Origin: Phoronis australis
Lineage: Eukaryota > Animalia > Phoronida
NCBI GenBank assembly: GCA_002633005.1
Contig: NMRA01000020.1
Location: forward strand, 1,729,050 to 1,793,049
Length of the DNA: 64,000 bases
Direction: 5' to 3'
Position 1 is the first letter of the stretch. Each line of letters opens with the position of its first letter. A model generated the notes under the pieces. It did not search any database. It saw only the letters and a list, made by a program, of their open reading frames with translations, and had not been told where the DNA came from. Below, piece by piece: positions 51,581 to 64,000 of the stretch. The position numbers and the translations under genes are program-made.

Positions 51581-54500
51581 TATTTTACCCACCAAAGTGG
51601 TTGCGGGCTATATGAGGACACTTACATGTTAGACGTGGCACTTTCGAGCTTTACCGCACCAAGCTTCACGGGGATATGGGATAGATTCCCATCATTGTAA
51701 ATCGCATCTGTTTACATCAATAGTACCTCCAGTCCTGTTGGAATTGTACCAAGTCTGGTGTTATGTAAATCCAGTATCCGCCATGTACCCAAACCATATG
51801 TACATCTGGAGCCTTGGTCACACACTTGTCAAACCGCTGGCATTCAAGCTCATTCTACATGGGTACCCAGACCCCAACTGTGCTTCACTCCTTGTTCAAG
51901 GCTTAAAATAGCTAGTGTCACGCACTATCGTCACGCGCTTCGCTCTGTCTCGGGCTAGCCTTTGTCTAACGCGCGTGACTCAGTGGACACACTTTGAGTT
52001 ATAGCGCGCGCGGTGAAAAAGTCAACGGGAACCAAAAAAGTGGAGTTGAAATTCTTCGCCAAAATCACCCCAATCTCATAACTAAGAGATATGTATGGAA
52101 GTAAAATAAATGGATCCATGAAGAAAGGAAGCGCTTTTTTAAGTGATAGTTTTAAGTGTGGAATGTATTTTTTGACGAGGTGAAACTCAAAATCAGTGGC
52201 CGAATATGGCTAGACGAAATGGTACAGAAAGCAATGGGAACTTATTCTAGCCCCTAACCGGCCAACCGAGGGGCTACGTGTTGACTAGCCCTTGTCCTAC
52301 CAGCCCCGTTGATAACCTTTATACCTCGCAGACGGGTCTCATCCTAGTGACACTGAAGAAACATTTTACTCGACTGCGCTGAAGAAAGGTTAAAATTAAT
52401 TATTCATCAAAGTAACATTTTACTCTATCGTAATTCATCACACACGACACGGGTGTTCCACAAGGAAATACGTTTGTAACTTTTCAATATATTTTGCTTA
52501 ATCCGTCTCTGAAAAAGGTGTCAGGCTTACTTTATTGGGTATGGAGCTATTTTTTTTCAAAATGTACTTTTCATGTGTACTGCGGTTTGCACCCTCACAT
52601 AAGGGTGGGTTCCAATCACTTCAAGAAATAAATACTTACCTATAGGACAATTTACAAATTAGGCTATGACCTTTCTCAAAGGTATCATTGTGTAATAGCT
52701 TGCCTGAATAGTATAATCAAGGTACCTTATTGCATTAGCCAATGAGAAACGAACACGCGAAGGACATGACCCGTCTCCCTTTCAAACTTTGACAATAGTT
52801 AACACCATTCTATTGTATAGAGTTATATTATCTGTTTAGGTAAGTATTGAGTGTCAACACCCAGTATTGCACACCTGAACAATACGAGTGAGAATCCCCT
52901 ACGGGCCTTTTCTTTCTCAGTGCTCATGTATATTGTACATGTAGGCCTACTCGACTGCTAATTTTTGTCTACCAAAGCAGCTAACTTAACGTACTTTGTG
53001 TGATTCGGATTGCACGAAATGTATTTTGATTGTGTAGAACGAACATGTTGACAGGTTTATCACATGATAGTTACGTGCATGTTCATGCCGAAAATCATAA
53101 AGATGCCAAAATACCAGCAACGGTTTGCGTGCAAACATAAACATTTTATTTATTATCAGTTCATGGCGTTTTTGTCTTTTGACTGGTTCGTAAAAAGTGG
53201 GTTTCTAGTAACACATCAGTCGCACGTTTGGACATGTAACTCAAGCCGAGACTGCACAATTCATTCGGGTAGCACAGAACATTCAATTGTGTTGTTTACA
53301 AATCTCTTGAATGCATAGAAAAATACCCCAGGCCGTCAGCAAAGCGTTGGACAAAAGGTTCTACCACCCGTAAACCTGCCTGGCCATGCGACGGATGGGT
53401 GTGCAACGTGGCACACCACCACCCACTGATGTTAAGTGAGTCACGGGATTTTTTCTAGACATACTATTCTGAAAAACATTGATTATGGATGCGCTGAAAA
53501 TTGAGTCCATTGTCTTCAGTTCAAAGGCGGCCGTTTTCTCCAGTCCGTGCTTGGTTTGATTCAGAATTTCCCGGTCGATGTCAGTGTGAAAGAATGCGCT
53601 ATTTTTAACACTGTTGTTTAGTGCTGTCTGACTGACTGTATGGAATTCCCGCCACCACTCGTCTTCAGGACTAAGAACTGGATGTAACTGACAACAAAAC
53701 ATGTATTATTTTGGTTTTCTAGACCTTTCCAGTGACGCAAGGAGAATTCCCGTCTCGTGAAATTTCGTAAAGGAACGCGGGGGTGCAGCTAGCTTATACA
53801 CATAATTATTCCCCCATGTCGACTAAATAAAAATACAAATCAATCTTATGGCCCGGAATGTCATGGAAATCCTTCAAGCCGCGGCCTGATAACATGAATA
53901 GGTATTACTGAATAATCTTGTGTTGATTGCTTTCTATGAGGTCTTTTAATACATACATGTAAGTAACGATGCATTTCTAAAACCATCTGAAGTAAATGAA
54001 CTTTAAAAATGAAAATCTTCCTCAATAATGTCGCTTTAGTTAATAAATTGGACCTCTTGGAGCAACTGATCACATTCTCTGACGAAGAACGGCGTGGCAA
54101 ATATTACACCCCCATCCCGTAACCATTGGCGACATGTTCGTCAACCGTGATTCATGACCTTCCCTTTCTCAGGGTCAACTAATTGATTGCGACACGTTAG
54201 TTACAACGGGGATTCCCGTTGTCAAAGCTAAGAATAACCTTGTAATGGTTTCATATGAGTCACTGGGCCGGCAGACAATCCACTGCTGTGTTGGAACTGT
54301 TTTGATTACGTTCAAGTTTTCAGAATTCCCCAGTGTAAACGGACTTGCTTGCTTGCCTGACACGAAATATTTTTAGATTACTGACTAAATTGCAAATTAT
54401 TTGGTAATCTGGGATTCCCACCTGACCCGATTCTTACGCACTCGGGCTCAATGTCGTAAACATAAGGGCTCTTCAAAAAGGCCTGATAAGTTTCGAGTAT

Positions 54501-56879
54501 TGTTATGTTATTTTGTAACAACTCCTGTCATTGATACATTACAATTATAGTCGGTTCAGCGTATCATTTTCCATTAACGCAGATTGTGCAAAAATCAATA
54601 TAGATTGGTTGAACCTATAAATCATTCTGACAAATCTAATCGCCACATTATCTGTCCTATTTTCAAAGCTGCCGAGAAAACGGTTTTCCTCAGTGTGTCG
54701 GCTCGGAATTCTCGAAACTGTGAAGTAGCGGACTACTATGCTCAGTTAGTACAAATACAGAACGCCCGAACCATTAATAACCTAGAAACCAATGCAATTG
54801 TATAACTCGAGCTACGACCTTTCTTTGGTCGTCCATGACCTTTTACACATTGTGACAGTAGATATGGTTATTGCAGTCGTTTTGTTAAGGGTAATTGGTT
54901 ACCGCCATCTATCGTCGCAGCTGTTGTACTTCAACTTGGAATCATGAGTGAACTTGGAATAAATTTCTATTCCAAGTTCACGCAAGTGATCTTGAGATTA
55001 GGCAAGCACTTGCGACATTTATTGTGCAACTGTTAACTAAAATTTTGAATGGTGGACATGAATTCGGTGTTTTTCAGCTTTTTTTATGCAGTTGTCATTG
55101 TCTTTGAAGGCTGTCTTATATCAGGAACGTGTTTGTTTCATCAACGCTTTCATTTATAGGTTGTATTTAGTTGTCTATAGCATAGGCGGGGGCCCGCCCC
55201 CTCCCCCCTTGACTGCTGCCAGCAAAATGAAACAGAAACACCGTGAATCGCGAAGAAAAAGAGAGCTCCTAACTAGGACAGGTAGCGGATGGGAAGGCTC
55301 AGATCCCAGATCGCGGTAGAATCGTGTTCCCGTTTTTTTTTTTGTAGTCCACCGATAAATTTTCTGAACAGAAGGTCCGCATCCTCAGCTCCCACAACTT
55401 TCGGGCACCTGTGCATATACAATTGCGCTTTGCCCGGCAATTCCCTGAGGCAACTTGTTGGCCGCCCCTCTTATGGTATCCTAGATCCGCCACTGTATAG
55501 TACATAAAATACTTGAATGCGATGAGTGATCTTGTTTGAATCTGCTGACAAATGAATTATCTTTGTCAAAATGTGGAAACAGAGAATAATAGATTTTCCA
55601 TTTACTTGATTTTCTTATAGATCCAACATTCAACTACTGACAATAAATCTCGATCCTTGTTCACTTTTCACAGCTCTTTGTATATGTATTTGCCACAGGT
55701 ATTATGCACGTCAACATGAAAACAATTTTGTCTGTAATGCGTATTTTTGATTGAAGAGTTTTGTATGTAGTATTATCGTGTTTGCATAAAAGGAATTTAA
55801 ACTATTCTATTTACTTTAAACAGGTTCCAAGCAGCTTCCTGTGTTCCAGAAAGTCACGGATAAGAGGAAGAGTCCCCCTAAACTGATGCAGCACGTTTAA
55901 GCTACTAAATCAGGGACACACAACTTGTGTCATTGACAGCACACGTTAGTGAACATCTTTATCGCTTACACAGATTCGGTGATAACCATTCGTGCTAATG
56001 TGCCCTGTCTGTAGGTCAACAGATTAGCCCACAAAGTTGGAGGACCCCATTTCATTGCTGTTACAGCATTTGAAGCTGCTTGCAAATGAATCACCTTAAA
56101 TGCTGCATATGTCCCTCTCAGGTCTATGTAACCTAATCTGCCTGAGTTGAATGTCGACATTGTGTCTAGTCCTTAATTTTTTGTTTGTGACTGGTCTTGC
56201 GCAATAAGTTGTTTTTGTTGAGATTTAGCTAGAATTGGATTGGATTCTATTGGAAAACAAACAAATATTTTATTAGCCTTGTCAAATTACGACACTGTGT
56301 ACTTTAGTTTGAAAAATACTGTATGCCAGCCTTTGTACATTTACAGAGTATGTTTTATGTTGTATTATAATTTGGTGGTATGTTGGAAAAAATACAAACT
56401 TAGACCTGTCCATGCAGAAATTGTTAAAGCAAAGTCACATTCTTATTTTTAAATATCTTTAAAAACTATCCACCATTTTCGTTGTAACATGCATCATCTC
56501 CAGAGACTACGGTCCACCTGCACTAACATGGAGAACGTGTTTTCCGTGACTCCCTGAGCTTTCCAAAAAGAATGGGCCCAACTCGAGGATTTCATTTTTA
56601 TCTATGAAAGTGTCTCATTAAAGGTTTTAAAATTTTTTATACAACTAAAAATGTGAAACCCCATACTGTTTTCAGTACTGGTTAAACTTGAAATTATGTA
56701 GAAGACGATTGGTAATGTGTTAGAGTAGTCTCAAGAACAGGAATTGCGTTTACAGTTTATTGTAATCTGCCCGATAAAGCTTGCTTCACCACTTAGTTTT
56801 TTGTGAAATGAAAAAACATTGATTCAAAGTTTGCTTATTAAAAGGAACAGTATTTTTTTCTGAATTAATTTAGGATACA

Positions 56880-57280
56880 GCTTTGTACCAAGTCAAGGGC
56901 AACGGATGGTGTCCTACGTCCGCCCTCTTGGACGACACCTTTTTCGCAGAGTTCGAACAACTAGGTGCCATACAAGGCATGGAGAATTTTTTTACTACAC
57001 TGGCAAACAGTAAATAATAAGAGTCGGTGATACAATTGTAAAAAGCAATGTAAACTCTATCCACTCAATGCCCCAATATGGAGCAGAAATATGTGATAAG
57101 CAGTCGATGTCCTATCAACCACTGACATATCAGCCAATCAGAGACTGTTGTCAGCATTAGTGTTTTTACAATAAAATGTGAGTCAGTTTTGTTTGGAGCG
57201 CAACTCGGGCAAATGTGAGTTTTATGTGTATGTTAGAACCGGTTTACTGCTGCATTATTTTTACTACAGTCATTTTTTAA
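56880..57280 (-). mobile_element. Terminal fragment of the Kolobok/THAP family seen at 22478-23187
   Basis: MPCMAPSCSNS..VGHHPLPL. The upstream ~250 bp aligns with 23020-23190 and ends in ACTACAGT..TTAA. Confidence 0.7.
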
Positions 57281-57407
57281 ACTTGGCATTGGGTAAAACT
57301 TAATCGCCGATAATTTACAGGGATAAAAAATTGTTCATAATGTCTTGTAATCTTTCAGGAATGCTTACTCCACAACATAGGGTTTGTAAAGCAAAAATAG
57401 AATGGCC

Positions 57408-58540
57408 TGCTTAAACGTGGAATTCGGAAGAAAATAATTGTTATCGTGTTCAATAAAGTCACAAGATAAGAAAAAAGTTGTGCTTACAACATATTTTAAC
57501 CAGCCAGAAAATGTTTGGTTCACCAAGTGGCTTTGTAAAGCTAATAAACAATCATTCCAAGTTTAAGCAAGGGCGTGGCTTGCTTAAACTTGGAATTGGG
57601 TAGAAAACAATTGAGAATGCATTCAGAGGTGTTCCAAAGGTAATAGAAAATGCATTTATGACATACTGTAACCGGTCAGGGAATATTTGCACGACTTTTT
57701 GTAAAGAAGAAATTGAATTAGTGAAAGTTTGAGCCAGGGCGTGGCTTGTTTAAACTTGGAATTGGGTACAAAAAACTACGAAATGCATTCAGGGGTGTTT
57801 CAAAAGTAATAGAAAATGCATTCACAATGTATTGGAACCAGTGAAAGAATGTTTGGTTAACCACGTGATTTTTCGTAAGGCGGAAACTGAATTATTCCAA
57901 GTTTAAGAGAGCCACGCCCTTGCTTAAATTTGGAATTGGGTAGAAATAAACTGCGAATGTGCTCAGAAATGTTCCAAAATTACAAGAAATTGCATTTAAA
58001 TTTCTTGCAACCAGTTACCGAATGTTTGGTTCACTATGGGATTTTTTGTAGAGCAGATATTGAATTATTCCAAGTTAAAGCAATTGCGTATCTTGCTTAA
58101 TTGTTGAATTTACGGGGTTAGAAAACTGCGAATGCGCTCAGAAGTATTTTAAAGGTAATTGAAAAAAGCATTTAAAATGTATTTCAACAAGTCAGAGAAT
58201 GTTTGGTTCACCACGTGAGCAGAAATTGAGTTATTCCAAGTTGAAGCGAGCCACGCCCTTGCTTAAACTTGGAATTGGGTAGAAAACAACTGCGAATGCA
58301 TTTATAGGTGTTTCGAAAGCAATAGAAAATGCTTTTACATTGTATTGCAATCATTAAGAGAAGGCTTGGTTCACATCGCGAATTTTTTAGAGAAGAAATT
58401 GAATTATTCCAAGTTTAAGCAACCAGTGTGGCTTGCTTAAACTCGGAATTAGGTGGAAAGAACTGGGAATGCGCTCATAAGTGCTCTAAAGGTAATAGAA
58501 AAAAACATTATTTTAAAATGTATTGCAGCCAGTTAGAGAA
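57408..58540 (+). repeat. ~173-bp tandem array, about 7 monomers, most containing a 41-bp palindrome
   Basis: GCTTAAACTTGGAATT variants at ~57409, 57582, 57748, 57922, 58095, 58261 and 58435. Confidence 0.85.
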
Positions 58541-58888
58541 TGTTTAATTTACACCCCTTGATCAAACGTCAACCAGGCACTAATTTCAAACATCCAGCTT
58601 TAATTTTATATTGGAATAGGCAGCAACACAGAAATACAGTAATACTACTAAAATGACCACCGTAGCCCCCTAGGGCTATGACCTTGAATGCCCGGTGCAT
58701 TACTGAGGGACATGTAATCACAATACAGTCCTTAAATGATTTTTTATTCCAGTCCCTCGGTACTAACCAGTATTCATGACCAGGCCACGGAAGCTTTATC
58801 TCGATTTTTCTCTCCGTAGCCTACCGGTTCAGTAACGATTTCAGCCCAAGAGCCTTGTTCTGTGATTGTGTGCCAGGCAGCCGCTTTA

Positions 58889-59152
58889 TTCCAAGTTCAC
58901 GCAAGATTCCAAGTTCACGTACGGGGTTTGGCAGATTGCTTAATCTCAAGATCACTTGCTTGATCTTGGAATTCCAAGTTCACGCAAGATTCCAAGTTCA
59001 CGTACGGGATTTGGCAGTTTGCTTAATCTCAAGATCACTTGCTTGATCTTGGAATTCCAAGTTCACGCAAGATTCCAAGTTCACGTACGGGATTTGGCAG
59101 TTTGCTTAATCTCAATATCACTTGCTTGATCTTGGAATTCCAAGTTCACGCA
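58889..59152 (+). repeat. 83-bp tandem repeat, about 3.2 near-identical copies
   Basis: TTCCAAGTTCACGCAA at 58889, 58972, 59055 and 59138. Confidence 0.9.
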
Positions 59153-61454
59153 ACACTCACTTCCGCTTATTCTTGAGATTAAGCAAGATTCCAAGTTGAA
59201 GTACAGCACTACCACAACGCCGTCGGTGAATTTCGCTTCAGGCGGGTTCAAACTCGGATCAGATACAATAAATCTGTGGCACGGTTTTCAAATTTTTTGT
59301 GTATTTTCAAGATCTCCTTATTACATGATGTTATTTTAGTGATATTGTTCTTTGAATTTTCAAGATCAGTGTCGACGGAGAAATTATGAGAATCTCACAT
59401 GGCATTGACTGCTGGCCTCGTACTTTACGTAGACTGGTTACCCGTTTGTGCTGCCACCTATTGACGTGGTTGTTGTTCATAGTTCAAACCAGTGCATACA
59501 CAAAGTATCGTCCGGTTACCTATTGTCGTCAGGCTCCAAAGGTCGTCCGCCATCTTGTTTCGCGTGCAGCGCAACCACGCGGGACTTAGCGTTCCAATTT
59601 GGAGTGCTCGTCTGCACGTTAGGTACTAACTTATCGGAAGAGACACGTATCAAAGTAATGAGACAAAAATCGGTGAGTTTACCGATTGTTTTTTAAAACN
59701 TCATAACTTTGAAGTGGAATAATTCGGTGAGTACAACAGCAAGTCGGTTTTATGCTTAGGCGGACGAACATTGGGTTCCCGAGTATATCTTTATGTCGCA
59801 AAATCTGTGTTTCCATTTACGCTTCTAAGCAACATGAAAAGTTCTCATAGCTCTAAAATTCTATTTTCTATAATTTTCAGATAATTCCATGTGATAGATT
59901 GTTTGATGCTGAATACACCTACGATATCTCAACTCAGTGGGGTCCACGAATGTGTGTAGACCCTACTGCCGCTAGCCTGGCGTTGTAAACTGATTCCCAG
60001 GGCTCGCAGATGAGAAAGAAAATCCTGCGCATGGGAGAAAGTTTGACGACGGCGCTGTTCGGTTTGCCTTCGCTTGGTTGCTGCTGATCTTTCGCGCCCC
60101 GAGACTATCGGCTGTTGGATCGCATCACCACAGGCAGGCATGTACGGAGAGTGGCGTCTTCTGTAAATACCTTGCAAATGCTAACTGAGGTGCTGTGTTA
60201 AAGAGTTTGATAAAAAAGTATTATATGCTATCGTTTAATGCAGTATGGGAAATATGCTCAAACAAAAGACTAGTCGTTGAAAACGTCCTTCCTTCCAATT
60301 TCTCGAAAAGGTTTTCAGACACCTCCCTGACACTAGAAAAGTCTCACACCTACAGTCTAATTTGTAAATTATACAATAATATCCGCCGGTGCTATACATA
60401 ACCTGCGTGAACCTGATGTGACGAAAGTGATCCCAGTTAAATTAACGAAAAGACCACAAATCTCATTTCAGGGAGCCTTCTATGTGCGATTTTCTTCAAA
60501 CGGCGATGCATCGGCCAACTACAGGACGGAGACTTGGCTTTTGACGTGGAACAGTGTCATACAGGTCAGATGTGCACGTAACGTGCCTTTTACCCTGAAG
60601 CAGTGTCATTCGGAAGCGCGCTATCACCAGTGAAAATTCTTCCCACAAAGTATCTGTAAAGTTAAATTTTGCGCACAACTAAAGTATTTCGCGTGCTTGA
60701 ATGATAATTTTTTCCATCTAGTCCTTCTCTACGTTTTGCTAGACTCACAATTATGTAATAATGTACCGTTCGGACTTATGTCCTTTAGGCAATGAAAACG
60801 TTTAGAACGTGAAACAAGCAACAAATAGACATACACACAGTTAATTCAATGAAGTTCCTCCTCCCTAAGACCATAGGTTTTTTTTTCACAATGCACCGAC
60901 TCTTTTGTTTGGTACTGCAAATAGTCACAAAAAACGGCTTCTATAGCAATTTTCGTTTTGTGTTTTGTGGCACTGAATAGCCGTATTGAAGAGTTGGCGT
61001 AATAATAAGATTTATGGCACTCTGACATAAATCCTATTATTTGGGCAAATACTATTACACACCCCTTCATCCTTCATATCCAACTCCTAGTTAGTTCCTA
61101 CCAAGTCCGATAGTAGCGCTGTTTGTTCTTTCTCTCGAGAGCTTTCTTTGGCCCAGCCTCAAGAAACAGCACATTCACTCGTAAGTTTTCCTAATTTTAT
61201 ACCTCCCCCACCCTCCCTACCCTGGGTTCCACAAAATCTCATTTCAACCGATTTATACCTTTCCCACGCTCCCTCCCTTTTGTCGAACAAAATCTGCTGT
61301 TGGTCGTTGTTTTTACAGTCACTGCTGGTGGCCTTCTTCAATTCCGGAGCGTGTTACCGTCAGGCAAGAACCGACATCATTGACTAGCGACCCGACCTGT
61401 ACTCGAGCATCCATTACTGTAGCTTGCTTCTCTCCACCCCGGTCACAGCTCTCG

Positions 61455-61920
61455 GTACATACTGAGCCACAACACCACGTTCCTTACAATATCTCTTTTT
61501 ATCACTCCGGCTGATCTGCTCACTCAGCTTGTCCGGAACCTGCTTTGCAGGTTGTTATAGCCCAGTTGGCTGTTTGGTGTACCCACTTGGTACTTTATAT
61601 GATATTTGCCCATTTGGCAGTTTGTACCCACTTGGTACTTGTTATTGAATTTGCCGCTTTGCTCGACCCAGTTGGTAGGCAATCGGCCAATACGGGCCAT
61701 TGGGTACTCATGTACCCATTTGGTACTATGCTAACCTGTGCCACTTAGTATCCGATATTCAATTACACTTTGGGTATCGGAAATGTGTGTGTTATCTCTT
61801 GTAATTAAGTAACCTACCGGGTTCCTTCTGTGAAATATTTATTTGTAGAGCTGTGACCCTGTAATTCCCTATACAACTTAAAATATATATTATTCCTGTT
61901 GTTTTATTTGTCCCCAATAA
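61455..61920 (+). repeat. Dispersed repeat, inverted copy of 48108-48480
   Basis: Near-identical to the other copy, with an extra ~85 bp at ~61680-61770. Confidence 0.85.
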
Positions 61921-62190
61921 TGCAACTCATAGTTCTCCTCAGCTCCGTGAGGACTCCTAAAGTGACTAGTAGCCAGGAGTCAAGAGATCACCTAGGAAAA
62001 TCGGTTTGTTCATGACTTGTAAAGTTATAGTTCGCGAGAAGAAATCAACAAAGCAAGTGAATATATGTGTAAAGTATGATTTGTTCCATATCTTCTGTAC
62101 AAGTTTTATAAACCCGCAGTGGGACAAGTGAACAACTTTTAAATTGTTAATTCAAAAATCGGTAACTGCTGCACTACACCGTATTCACGC

Positions 62191-62350
62191 AGTCGCCATT
62201 TTAAAAGTGGGCCTCTTTTTGGGTTTTAAAAACAATGCATTCCGCATTTGATAACAATGCAACGCGGGATTTTTAGCGTGCCTCCTTGATATTTATGCCT
62301 AATGCGTTGTTTTTAAACCTAAAAAGAGGCTCGCTTTTAAAATGGTGACT
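62191..62350. repeat. Foldback/MITE-like inverted repeat
   Basis: AGTCGCCATTTTAAAAGTGGGCCTCTTTTTGGGTTTTAAAAACAATGCATT pairs with AATGCGTTGTTTTTAAACCTAAAAAGAGGCTCGCTTTTAAAATGGTGACT. Confidence 0.75.
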
Positions 62351-64000
62351 ATGTGGATAATGTGTTATAAGACTTATTTACGCCTTATTTACGCCTTTGT
62401 AAGGTTGAACCGGAGAAAGCCATTCTAGAGTTGCAATGTTTTTGCTGGTTATGGTAGTGTAGTTTTTGTCATGATTAGTATCAGGCGTGCGTTCAGTAGA
62501 AATTTGAGACCTTCGCTAGAACTTAGCTACAACCTAGTCAAAGTCACGTGTTCTCATTTAAAATTCACGGCAATATCTCACGTAATTTTGCGAAGTCTTG
62601 CTTTTTAGCGAGGTCCTAGCGTTACTCAACGGGAGGCAGGACTCTAGAGTGAAGGCAAGTGGCAGCTTGCACCTCAACCAACATTGTGTACTATTATTAA
62701 GTCAATGTCAAACACTTTGTGTGATATATGCGGGCACAGTTACGGTGGTGTTTTCTCAAAAGTGTTTACACGAGTCTCAGTCGTTCTACAATAATTACTA
62801 TCAAAACATTGTATTTAGTGTACCCTTTTATTTGTGAAAGCCTACTACAGTTGGATTTTTGATAATTCCACTTGTAACTTTTATCAATGTTATGTACTGT
62901 GATCTATGATATAGGTTTATAATAGTTTTATTTTCACATTCAAAAAGAATAAAGTATCACCAGTTTTTAGCGTTTATTGTCTTTCCGTCGTTAATTAAGG
63001 AGGTTTTTAAACCGAGTTCCATAACAAAAATAACTTTTGAATAAGACCCACTTACTGCTACAAAACTGATCCTTGGTAAAATTGGAGGTGACGATTTCAG
63101 GGCTTCAAAAAAAACTGGTAATTAGTGTCATCAGGCGCCACAAGATGGCTACTTCCGTTACTGTTTGACACCAGGCTCCACAAATTGGCTTCTCCCGACT
63201 TTTCATTTTATGCGCTAAGCACAATCTAAGGGTTTATAAAATGTCAGTTCTTTGCAAACCCCTAAATTGCTTCTGGATCTGAATAAGGAACACTTTTAAA
63301 CAGATTTCATGATTGTAAGTAGTCCAAATCAAAAGTTCGATTCCCGAATTTACAGCCGCTTTAAATGATAGTTATTTACTTTCAAAGCATTAATAATGTC
63401 ATCGAGCAACTCCAAAATTACAGACAATTCCAATGAAGTGTCCATGTGTGTAACATATGGAACAGTAAAGCTTAGTTTTGGATAATGGAACTCCTGTGAA
63501 ATTAAACTTTTAGATCGATATTTTACTGGGGTGTCCGTGCCATCATCAACTCCCCCATCGCGCAGTAATTATCCTTTCTAGTTCCGAACGAGAGTGCACA
63601 GCGCCATTTCACTATCTGTGTCTTTTCCGTTTAAAAGTAATCAATTACAACTTTACTGGAAATTGTTGTCACATACGGCCCTGTTTCATTGTATGTGACC
63701 CATAAAATCGATAAAAAAAATTACCAAAAACTGGCAAAATGGATAAAAATCGGAGCGTTGCAGCTAGAGCAAGATGTGACAATCTTCTTCCTACTATTGT
63801 CAATGAACCGTCACATTTGCTTACCTTATTGTGTGGCAGGCATCTACAAATGTTGTTTTACTTTAAATACCGCCTTATGTGTTTTACATGTTGTCATGGA
63901 AAGGCTCAAAATGACAATTTTGAATCAGCCTTTTGCAGCAGCGCTGAAAAAGGCAGAGGGTGATTTTGCACAAGATAATGTTAGGTTATGTCAACGTCAC

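Larger units (their letters stand above)
54922..59208. mobile_element. TIR element with AACTTGGAAT-motif arrays
   Basis: TG(T/C)TGTACTTCAACTTGGAATC inverted at both ends. Internal ~173-bp and 83-bp arrays reuse the same motif. No TSD identified. Confidence 0.65.

Noticed and set aside
59210-59270. tRNA gene (GGTTCAAAC B-box-like)
   Set aside because: No cloverleaf can be formed; at most a SINE fragment.

Overview
AT-rich, repeat-dense animal genomic DNA, probably from a marine invertebrate (inferred from the TE repertoire), with assembly gaps. I found no rRNA, tRNA, CRISPR or operon-like structure, and almost all ORF-track entries are spurious. Transposable elements dominate: two families of Helentron-associated (HINE-like) elements with internal tandem arrays, one of which carries about 25 co-oriented CTCF-like motifs at about 150-bp spacing; three THAP/Kolobok-type elements; a Sola3-like remnant followed by a USP-like tail; an Academ-like element; two unclassified TIR elements; a young 5'-truncated Tx1/L1-clade LINE with an 18-bp TSD; and MITEs. 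The main host-gene signal is a tandem pair of minus-strand cysteine-rich peptide exons (32576-32826 and 35918-36144) with a CS-alpha-beta/macin-like framework, each preceded by a paralogous 13-16 nt candidate micro-exon. The ORF track misses the first exon entirely and buries the second in a longer ORF. All calls come from reading by eye; no database searches were run.
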